Shown here one piece after another: positions 53,905 through 64,000 of a stretch of 64,000 nucleotides of DNA. The notes beneath the pieces were generated by a model. The model saw nothing but the letters and a program-made list of their open reading frames with translations. It was not told where the DNA came from and did not search any database. Positions within the stretch are counted from its first letter, which is position 1, and each line of letters opens with the position of its first letter. Source of the stretch: the human T2T-CHM13v2.0 reference genome, Homo sapiens; assembly GCF_009914755.1 (NCBI RefSeq), contig NC_060943.1; one strand, written 5' to 3'. The translations under genes were made by a program, and so were the position numbers.

Positions 53905-54327
53905 TGAACCACCAGATCTGTTCCAATAAAGAGCTCTCCAGACCCTGCCTCACCTTACAGGGAAGGGCTTAGAGTCAGGGAAGAGGGGCCTGTTGCTCCT
54001 GTCCCTGAAAAAGGAGGTCAAGATGGAGCCCGGGCTTCCTGGTGACCATTCAGACTCCTCCCACTGCTTGTCCCTGTGGAGGACACAGGACGGGCTACCC
54101 CATCTCAGGTTTGGGGTGGGATCGCTCACAGTCACCCCCGGAACAGCCCCAACTGAGGGTGGGGGGCCTGGCCCTGGACACCTCATGTCTCTGGGCCGGG
54201 AAGCCACGATCCCTCATCCATCAGGCCTGCTGCCGCTCTCCACCCCAGCGGGGGATGGACATCTGTGCTCCCTCGCAGTACACTGCGGACCCAGGAGGTC
54301 CCCTGCATGACATTCCTCTCCTTGGCC

Positions 54328-54406
54328 TCAGGCCAGCAGGCGGCTGTACTCTGCCAGAGCAGAGGACTTTCTCACCCCATCCCAGATCCGGGCAGCGTAG
54401 TGGAAC
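54328..54406 (-). CDS. SMG9: SMG9 last coding exon FHYAARIWDGVRKSSALAEYSRLLA*
   Basis: ctcacag| acceptor, 79 nt to the TGA (plus-strand TCA at 54328-54330). Recognised as the SMG9 C-terminus. Confidence 0.94.
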
Positions 54407-55589
54407 CTGTGAGGAGGCCAACAGTCAGGGCTGCCTGGCCGGGGCTCCCCCCAGCCCAGCACCAACCCGGGACAGGTGGAGAAACTGAGGCCCCTTTTAT
54501 GACCTGAGATGTGACTCTGAGCCTCTTGGAACCCAATCTCCTCGACTGGGATACAGGGAGGATCCTAACAGTGATGGGAGGTGGCCCAACTTTTCTTAGC
54601 TCACCCAGGTTATGCAAAGCTGAAGGTTCCAGGGCTTGGACTAAGACCTCAAGTCTCCACCACCTAAACTTCTCCCACTCCACACAGTGCTGGCTTTGTG
54701 GGTGAGGGTTCAGTTTCCACCTCCCTCCAGAGTCTTACGACATAGAAAACATCTAACAGCAGCTGCACAACCCACAATCTTCTCCCTCTCTCCTCTGGGT
54801 CCTGGTTTAGACCAATGGCAGGAGCAGAGCTGGGACTCAAAGCTCTGCCCCATCTCTGCCCTACAAGCCCTGAGGGGCTTCCTGCTGCTTTGTCTGCACT
54901 CCTGACCCCTTCCAGGCACAGCCAACTGCAAACAGATGTAGGGAGCCAAGTTAGAGAGGCTGCACCCAGTTAAGCTATTTATCTTTCCAATTTTTCTCTT
55001 TGAAGTAAGATGAGGAAGACCTGGACTCATATGCTGAGAGCTCTGGACAAAGAAGTAATGTAAAGTAGGGGCCACAGAGCTAGTGCCGGGCCAAGTGAAA
55101 GCAGGGAGAGAAAGCCAGAGGCAGGAAACAAGACAAATGCAGAAGTGTGAAGAATGAGACCCTGATGGCTTCCTGGTTCCCATCTGCTGCAGGGCCCTGC
55201 TTTCTGTGATCAGGTCCCTGGAATAAATCTTCCTTAAGCTAAATCTGGTCACTGGTCCTACTCCTAGCAATCAAATGACTCCTAGCCACAGATGTGTGGC
55301 CTTGCTATGTAACACTTTTCCCCGAGCCTAAATTTCCCCACCAGGAAAACTGGTGACAAGGACCTACATGATGCTGGCTGATTAGGAGGATTCAAAGTCA
55401 CAGGAAACAGCATGTTGCCACATGGGTGAGATGCTTACAAGACAGTAGCAATCATCACTGTTCCAGAAAAGGAACCTGGGATCTGGAGAGGAGGGGCTTC
55501 ACAAGGTCATGCCGATCTAAGGGACGCCCCCTTCTCTCTACACCAGGGTGGGGTGCCTCAAATTGACCCCCTCTGCAAAGAGCTCTTAC

Positions 55590-55734
55590 CAGTTCTTCTC
55601 GGTGAGGATCGTGTGTGACAGCTGTGGCCGGGCCATGGACATCACTTGGCTCCGGAGCTTGCTCACCAAGGACTGGAAACTGGGGTGGCCACGATACCCA
55701 GGCAGCAGGGAGAAGAGTGGGCTGGAACCAGGTC
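55590..55734 (-). CDS. SMG9: SMG9 penultimate exon GPGSSPLFSLLPGYRGHPSFQSLVSKLRSQVMSMARPQLSHTILTEKN(W)
   Basis: ttccag| ... |gtaaga, 145 nt, phase 1 to 2. Confidence 0.93.
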
Positions 55735-56055
55735 CTGGAAAGTTGGGGCAGGGAGGGTAAGAGGGATAGACTGCCAGGGTCTTTCTCCCAGTTAACAGCA
55801 TCCTGGGCTTCAAGGAGCACCTGAGAGTTCAGCCCCGGCTGAGCTCTTCCTGTACTTCTATGACTCTGAAACACACTCCTAATAAAGGGTCCACACACCC
55901 CAGGAACAAACCAGGATCTTCTCTCAGACCAGGTAGGCTCCACACTGCTCCCAAACCAGGGCAACCCATGTCGCCTCCTAGACCAGTGGGTGCTGGGTCT
56001 CTCTCTGATCAGGATAGGACTTGTCTCTCCATGAACCTGTTGAGGGTAACTGTAC

Positions 56056-56184
56056 CTGCTCTTGGTGGGTTTTCACTCTCTGCTTCACTGTCCATGAAGG
56101 GTACCAGGAATAAGTTGACCTCAGAGTCCAGGAAGTCAGGTGGAAGCCCCGGGAAGACATTGCATTGTAACATGGACAGAGTTC
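56056..56184 (-). CDS. SMG9: SMG9 exon GTLSMLQCNVFPGLPPDFLDSEVNLFLVPFMDSEAESENPPRA
   Basis: ctccag| ... |gtacag, 129 nt, phase 1 to 1. Confidence 0.93.
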
Positions 56185-56357
56185 CTGGAGGAGAAAACGC
56201 TTCAGCCTTCAGGTACCATGTTGTGGGTTTGGGGAGTGGGAATTGTTGACAGTCAAAGCAGGATCAGGAGACTAGTCTGGGGGTAGAGACTGACCCACGG
56301 GGTTGGATCAGGAATTAGGAGGCTGACTAGCTTGGGGGGTGATGTGGGAACCCTTAC

Positions 56358-56465
56358 CCTTGTAACGCAGGTGGGAGTGGGCCATGAGCTGGTCAATCAT
56401 CAGGTGCATCTGCCGCAGCTTCCGAGGACAGAAGTCCTCTCGGCGAGCTTTGTTCTGCAAGAAGA
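56358..56465 (-). CDS. SMG9: SMG9 exon VFLQNKARREDFCPRKLRQMHLMIDQLMAHSHLRYK
   Basis: ctcag| ... |gtaagg, 108 nt, phase 1 to 1. Contains the G4-like NK motif. Confidence 0.93.
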
Positions 56466-57120
56466 CTGAGGGTGGGAAGAGACGGGCCCTGTCAGGCAGA
56501 CATCGCTTGGCTTCATGGACTCCCCTTTCTCACCCCAAAGACCTGTTGTTACCCCTGAGTTCAGATCACTGTGTAAATATTTATATAACTTCACTTCACT
56601 TTAGCACCAGGCTCTGTGTAGGGCAATGCTGGGGACCCAGAAGTGAGTCAGGTCTGATTTCTGCCCCTAGTCTCTTTGAGGCCCTAGCGAGGGATCATAA
56701 AATGAACTGGGTCTTTGAAGAAGAGTAGAGCGGAGAAAGGATGAAACAGGCAAAGGAACGGCATGTGCAAAGGCTAGAGGAGGGAGAACAGGTGGACGGG
56801 GCCACCCAGATGAACCCAACCTAATACTCACTTCCTGAGTTGGGAGATTCCAGGGACCCAGAAATAGGCAGACCTGGGGCCTGTCCCATTCCAGACACAG
56901 GCTCAGGGGTCATGCCCTCAACTGTCAGGATTGGACCAGGGCAGTGGGAACTTGGAAGGAGCAGCTAATCCTTTTTGACTTTGCTCCTCACAACTCTCAA
57001 AAGTGCTCCACCCAGAACCCCACTCCTTCCTCTCTCTCCCCTCTTCTCCAGCGTGCTCCTGACTTTCAGCCCCTCATTTTTCCTCCTGCCCACCCCTCCA
57101 GTCCCCAGAAAGCCTCTCAC

Positions 57121-57227
57121 CTAGGTGGGGGTAGTACTCGGTGCCTTCATCGGAGCCCGATGAGCTGCTGGACTCGTGGCTGGGGGATGGGGTGGAGGGC
57201 TTCACCATCTCTGCTGTCTGCAGGAAC
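57121..57227 (-). CDS. SMG9: SMG9 exon FLQTAEMVKPSTPSPSHESSSSSGSDEGTEYYPHL
   Basis: ccccaag| ... |gtgaga, 107 nt, phase 2 to 1. Confidence 0.92.
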
Positions 57228-57459
57228 CTTGGGGTTTGGGGTGAGTGGCTGTTGCTCTTGCACTTGCACCCCAGGTCCCACAGCCTGGGACAGGGGCTTC
57301 CTTTGAGATTCTGATGAAAGCTACAGCCATGCTCAGAAAAATACCATATACACACCATGTTTCTCACAATTTCAGAGAATTCAGAGATAATCCTCTCAGA
57401 TACCAACCCATGGACTTACCAACTGTATAAATTCTTTGAGTTTACTGTATTTTTTTTTT

Positions 57460-58068
57460 AAAGGCTATTTTTTAGAGCAGTTTTAGGTTCACAGCAAAAC
57501 TGAGCAGAAAGCACGTAGCGTTCCCACACAACCCCTGCACATGCACAGCCTCCCTGACTATCAACATCTCCAACCTGAATGGTTCATTTAAGATCCATGA
57601 AGCTGCACTGACACATCATTATCACCCAAAATCCCTAGTTTACATCAGGGATCACTCTTGGTGCTGTACGTCCTACAGGTTTGGACAAATGTATAAAGGT
57701 GTGTGTCTGCCATTATAGCATCACAGAGTAGTTTCACTGCCCTAAAAATCCTCTGTGCTGTCCCTATTCATCCCTCCCTCTCTCCAACCCCTGATCTTTT
57801 TACTGTCTCCGTAGTTCTGCCTTATCCAGACTGTCTGTATAGTTGGAATTACAAGTATATAGCATTTTCAGATTGGCTTCACTTGATCTGCATCTAATGA
57901 TCCTCTATGTCTTTTTATGGTGAGATAGCTCATTTCTTTTCAGTGCTGAATAATATTCCATTGTCTAGATGTGCCACTGATGATTTATCCATTCGATTTA
58001 CTGAAAGACATCTTGGTTGTTTCCAAGTTTTGGCAATTATGGATACAGCTGCTATAAACATCTGTGTG
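57460..58068 (-). mobile_element. L1MC-like 3'-end fragment in a SMG9 intron
   Basis: ttttagagcagttttaggttcacagcaaaactgagcagaaag...agtagtttcactgccctaaaaatcctctgtgct. Confidence 0.75.
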
Positions 58069-58130
58069 GCCGAGCACGGTGGCTAACGCCTGTAATCTCA
58101 GCACTTTGGGGAGCTGAGGCGGGCAGATCA

Positions 58131-58406
<276 letters not shown>

Positions 58407-59796
58407 TTATTTTAAAATAATTTTTTACAATAGGTTAAGAGTACATAAACCTGTTTTCTAAGGTAAGGGATAATGGGATTGCTAAAATACAGGGACATTC
58501 TCCTCATACACACACAAACACATCTACAATCTCAAGGGGCTCCCCTACTCTGAGAAGCCCACCTGTAGACAAGACCTTAAAAACAAGGCTCTGCCATGTG
58601 CCGGCCTGAGCCAATACTCCTACCAGAATGTAAACTCCCCAAGGAGTTTTATCTGTTTTCTCTCTTTTATCTGTTTTGTTCACACCTGTGTCCCTAGTGC
58701 CCAGAACAGTGCCTGGCACACCTAGATGTGAATGAATCCCAGATGGTGGTAGGAATGGGTGTTTCAGAATGAAGTCACAGCTCAGCTGCATTAGATCTGG
58801 TCAGAACAACCAACTCCCCAGCAAGCCTTTTTTGCTGTTGGCCAGACCCTCAGCTCATCCCTGTCCCCAGGGTTACTAATACAAACATTAAGTTTTCTCC
58901 ATCAACTGCTTACTATGTAACAGGGACTAAGCTGAATGCTTTAAATTCCTTAACTCACTGAATCTACACAACATAATGCTGCTGATGAGGAACTGAGGAG
59001 GAAACAGACACATGCCCAGTAAGAGCTAGGATTCAAAGGCACTACCTAGCTCTGAAGGCATCTGCTTCCTAATTCCATTTCTCCCCTCCCTATAAGCTCC
59101 TGTCCCTTCCTTCTGCCTGGTCCGTGTGCCCAAAGCTGTTCCCCCCAACACCTCCCAGCGGTCTCCTGGGGCCTGAAGCCAGGAAGAGCCCTTGTGGCCA
59201 TAGGTTCTGAGCCAGTCTCTTCTGGAGGCATTTCTGCAATCTGTGGCTGCTTCAGGCAGGACTCCTGCCAGGTCCTGCCTCCCTGAGTACCAACAGGAGG
59301 GCACACGAGCCTGAAGGAGATGAACAGCAAAACTCCACGGATCAGACAAGCCAGCTCCTCATGCTCCTTATTCAGCAAATTTGTAGTAAATATTTACTGT
59401 GTGCCAGGCACTGTGTGAGGTGCTGGGGACCTTGCCCTCCTAGGGCTTACATTCGAATGGGGGAGAAAGATCATAAGGAAAGCTACAGTATCCTATTAAG
59501 GAGAGGTAAATGCAATGAAGGAAAACACAGAAGTGAGGGAGAGTAACAGGGGATGCTATGTTAGATGGTCAGGGAAGGCCTGAAGTTGACTCGAATGGCA
59601 CGAGGGCGAGAGTCTGAGGAGATCTGCGGGAAGGGTATTTCCCACTGAGGGAGGCGGAGTGCAGAGGTCCTGGGCTGCAGGAAGAACAGCCATGAGGCCC
59701 TGTGGCTTTAATAAAGGGAGTGAGGGCAGGTGCGGTGGCTCACGCCTATAATTCCGGCACTTTAGGTGGCCGAGGCAGGTGGATCACCTGAGGTCA

Positions 59797-60126
<330 letters not shown>

Positions 60127-60332
60127 TTATTCTGGTAGATATGTAAAGTCAGTGGAGGGCTGTGTGTGCGCGCAGTGCTTTGAGGGGGAGGTTAGATGGG
60201 AGTGATTTGCTCCAACTTACATTTTAAAAGGATCCCTCTGGCTGCTGTCCCTTGAGTCAGTGGCTCAAGTCTCTGGGCCTTTGTCTCCTGCCTCATTCCT
60301 CCTCCCCACCCTCCAACCCCTCAGCTCCTCAC

Positions 60333-60418
60333 CTGTAGAGACTGAGGTCTGTGAACCAGTCCTGGACAACAATCACCACATGGCAGACCGTGAAAAGGAA
60401 GGCAGCAATCTGGAGTGA
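60333..60418 (-). CDS. SMG9: SMG9 exon SLQIAAFLFTVCHVVIVVQDWFTDLSLY(R)
   Basis: ctcag| ... |gtgagg, 86 nt, phase 0 to 2. Confidence 0.93.
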
Positions 60419-60857
60419 CTGAGGGTGGGCAGGATGGAAGGGAGGTGAGGACCTCTTCTGCCCAGACTAATCAGGAGTCCCTGATCCCAGGACTCAGTTC
60501 AGGAGGCAGCAAGGCAAGGAGCCTTCAAGCAGCTACTGTGTGCCCAGCACTGTGATGGCACTTCCCTTACAGGCCATCCCTAACTCAGGAAAGGTGGGAA
60601 TTATCACCCCCATTTTACACAGGCAGATGCTGAGGCGTCAAAGGGGAGGGGGTGGGAAATGACTTGCCTGAGGGGCAGAGCCAGGAGTTGAGCCAGTCCT
60701 GACTCTCAGTGTTGTCCTCTTCCTATAGCCCTTGGGGCAGCCAGGGCTCTTCTGAAGCAGAAACTAAGTGGACCACCCACACCCAGCTCTCCAGATCTTG
60801 GGAGGATGGGGGTGGGGATGTAAAACCTCAGTCCTGGGCCTGGCTTGGCTCCCTCAC

Positions 60858-60953
60858 CTGCATTTCAACGTAAGTGTGGGGAAGGTTGTACTCTGGAGGC
60901 AGTTTGCGGTCATTATTGATGAGATGGTCTAGGATAGAAGGGCTCAGGATGGG
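60858..60953 (-). CDS. SMG9: SMG9 exon PILSPSILDHLINNDRKLPPEYNLPHTYVEMQ
   Basis: ctgcag| ... |gtgagg, 96 nt, phase 0 to 0, in frame with neighbouring exons. Confidence 0.93.
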
Positions 60954-62842
60954 CTGCAGCAAGGAAGAGAACAGAGTGTCACTCAGATACCCAAGTTTCA
61001 CACGCTCAAGGCAAATACATTGTCTATCTCAGGACAAAACAAGGTCAGAAACAAAGGCAGGCAATTTCTAATTAGAACAGCAAAAGGAAGTTAAAGAAAA
61101 AAAACTCAAAGCTGATACACTTTTCCAGCTCCTTTACAAATCACTGTTGCTCGCAAGCACCTCATGCCCAAAGAGAAGAAACTGCTTTGTGCTAATGAAT
61201 TTTTAACGTTTACTCAAATGAGTCATGTCCCTTAAAGGCTCATTTTGTTGTCAGTTGTTTCATACGCTTTCAAAACTTTGCTAAGATAATTACTTAGGTA
61301 AAAAAAAAAAATAATTAGTGTGAAAACTGGTGAGAATTTTAAAAACTGCATCAGTATGTATAAGAATCAGTGGTGAGCTCACCGGACTTTTTTTTCTTAA
61401 AGGAACATTCAATCAAAAAACTTTAAGAGCTAAATTAAATTAGCTTGATAGTCTACTGGCTTCTTACTGCAGTGAAATTCTTTTAGAAAGGGGCTTTCAC
61501 AACTGCTCGCGTTCTCAAACTCCAAACATTGAGCAGTGCTCTATTCTGTCTTGTTTAACTTCCGTCCTCCTCTTCACAGGTCTCTGACCCAGACCACAGC
61601 CGGTTTGGTTTGTCTCCAGGTCTCCATGGCCCCTGCACAGGGCCTGGCACACAAGGCTCACATCACATTTGTAGATTTTCCACTCTGTGTCATCAATGCC
61701 ACAGTGACCAGAACTCTGTTCCACCAACTATGAGTGCCAACTAAAGGGCCAGGCCCTGTGCCCCAGCTCTCACCCCCAGAGCCAGGGCTCTGCTCTGAAG
61801 AGCTTCGGGCAGGCAGGGAGTGGGAACAGACACGGTGGCAAATCACATGCTATGGTGGGAGGTGCATATGGGCAACAGTGGAAGGGGAGGGCTTCTGAGA
61901 GGAGGCCACACCCCAGTGGAGTCTTGAGGAAGAAGAAGGCGTTAGCCAGGCAAAAACGCAAGGCGAGAGCCTATTGTACTGATAATGGTATTAATTGCTA
62001 AGGGTATTTAGCACCTAACTCCTGTTGGGTGCTGTCATTAGGACTTTACTTGCATCGATGCACTGAAACCTCACAAAACCCCTATGAGGCAGGCAGTATT
62101 GTTTTTCCCACTTAAAACTGAGGAATGAAAATAAATAACTTGACAAGGTCACACAATTCGTTGGTGGTTTCAGGTAAAAACGGGATATGCGAAGTCCAGA
62201 GAAGAGAGAGATCAGTGTGTGTGTGCTGGGGGTCTGGTGGCTCCTCCAGAGGCGAGGATAGGCAGTCTGAGGGAGGCAAGCCACACCCTCCGAATGCCAG
62301 CTTAAGGAATCTGGACTTTGCCTGAGAGGAAGGGAGAAGCCGAGGAAAACTGCCAGGTAAACGCAGGACCAGTCAGTGCTAACGACAGTGACGAGCCTGA
62401 GCACTAACCTTGTGCCAGGTCCTGGCCAAGCACTTTGCCTGGATTGTTCCACTGAATCCTTGAAACTCCTAAGAGGCTAAGTACAGTTACCATCCCTATT
62501 TACAGATAAAGAGCTGTGGTTTAAGGGAGTTTAAAACTGAAAGTCACCCAGCTGGTAAGAACTAACAGACAGGATCAGAACACACATTCTCCAGGGCCCA
62601 CACTTTTCAGCACTATACTAGAAATCCTTTAGGCTACTGTGTAGAAGGCGAATGAGATGGGGGCAAAAGTGACAAGAGACTAAGGGCCAAGAAAAGACAC
62701 AATTTGCCCCAGGGCAGCCAGTATGTCCATGGCTTGACTGGAAGCACATGGAATCCACGCAGGGTTCTGGCTTAATCACATTCCAGGAAGAGGCTCAATG
62801 CAGGATGTGGCAGGGTGGGGCAAAGGCAGGCGGGGCTGGCAC

Positions 62843-62954
62843 CTGTGTGTCCAGGAAAACAATCCGTTCTTGGGTAATAAAGAAGTCGATGCCACTGGTC
62901 TGGTTGCCCCCTCGTTCCTTCATTTCAGCGCTCTGGGCCCGGAAAACATAAGTC
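62843..62954 (-). CDS. SMG9: SMG9 internal coding exon (R)TYVFRAQSAEMKERGGNQTSGIDFFITQERIVFLDTQ
   Basis: ccacag| acceptor, |gtgcca donor, 112 nt, phase 2 to 0. Contains the Walker-B-like IVFLDT. Confidence 0.93.
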
Positions 62955-64000
62955 CTGTGGAGAGGAGCAGGCAGGGGTGTGTGAGAGCTCTGGTTCTCAG
63001 CCTTGGATGCATCCGAAGTGTGACCCTGTGAGCTGAGCATGTGAGCCGTGGTGCCCTGCCTGCTCCCTAAGCTTTTCATCTGTGGCCCATGTCAGGGGGT
63101 GGGAGGCGGGGGTAGTGCATGTTTTGAAGCACACAATTTCACTCCTATCCATAAAGAGATCCATTAGTTCAATTAATGAAGCCAGTACACTGAGGTGTTG
63201 AAGGGCAGAGACTCCGCCAGTCTGCCAGGATTCAGATCCCAGCTCTGCCTCTTCCTGGCTGTGTGGCTTTAGGCACACTCCTTAACCTTTTTCCATCAGT
63301 TTCCTCATCTATAAAACGGGGATAACCACATGATCAAAACTCTGTGTATTACTGTGAGGTCGGTATGTGTAAAGCCCTTAGAATGGTGCCTGATATATAA
63401 TGATATATACTTTTAGCTGTTAATTATCAAATAAACCTACTAGATCCCAGGCATTGGAGAGAGAGCACTGAGTGCCCTCCACTCCCACAGTGAGAGAGAG
63501 TTTGGGTCTTGTTCCCAGCATCTTCCCCTGTCAGGTGAGTCTCCCTCACTTCTACGTGTGCTGGGTGCTGGGAATATGAGGGCAAAGCAGGCAGAGCAGG
63601 GCCGTGCCCTAAACCACTAAGTTCAACTTGGTGACTCTGTGACTTGGGCAAAGTGATTTTACCTTTTGAAATCTGTAAAATCAGGGTAATAGTACCTACC
63701 TCTCAAGGGGTAATTTCTATCTCCCCCCAAGATGCATAATCTGTTGTCTGACACAAAGCAGGCATCCTTCCACTTTACAAACACTATACGGAAAACCTCC
63801 TATTTGCCAGATACCAGGATATAGCAGTGAACAAAAAAGACTAAGTCGGCTTCTGTGAAGCTTCTGGTCTAGTTTACAAATTACCAGAAATCAGTAACTG
63901 TGGGTGTTAGAAAGAAGAGGCGTGCAGTGCTCCAAGTGCAGATTGCTTAGTTGGTGGAGCCAGAAAGGGCTGCCCTGGAGAGGGAAATGACAATGCTGAG

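Overview
Human (primate) genomic DNA, extremely Alu-rich. The IRGC (+) / SMG9 (-) tail-to-tail arrangement places it at chr19q13.31, which from known gene order is just upstream of PLAUR, inside the LY6/uPAR cluster. Known genes: complete IRGC (non-coding exon 1, then a 463-aa single-exon CDS at 41291-42682) and eight 3' coding exons plus the 3'UTR of SMG9 on the minus strand. Two hidden genes are not resolved by the ORF track. (1) A five-exon gene at 9353-22500 (+) for a ~240-aa signal peptide / two Ly6-uPAR domain / GPI-anchor protein of PINLYP / PLA2-inhibitor-gamma type. All splice sites are intact, but it has a 1-nt frameshift right after the ATG and one TGA in exon 2. (2) A decayed second IRG-family GTPase gene at 49909-52166 (+), in tandem with IRGC, which unlike IRGC has a phase-1 intron inside its CDS. 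Also present: a class I ERV pol remnant, an internally deleted Tigger1, MaLR LTRs, L1/L2/MIR fragments, microsatellites, an Alu-mediated 588-bp tandem duplication and other local duplications. All homology calls come from manual translation and alignment; no database searches were run.
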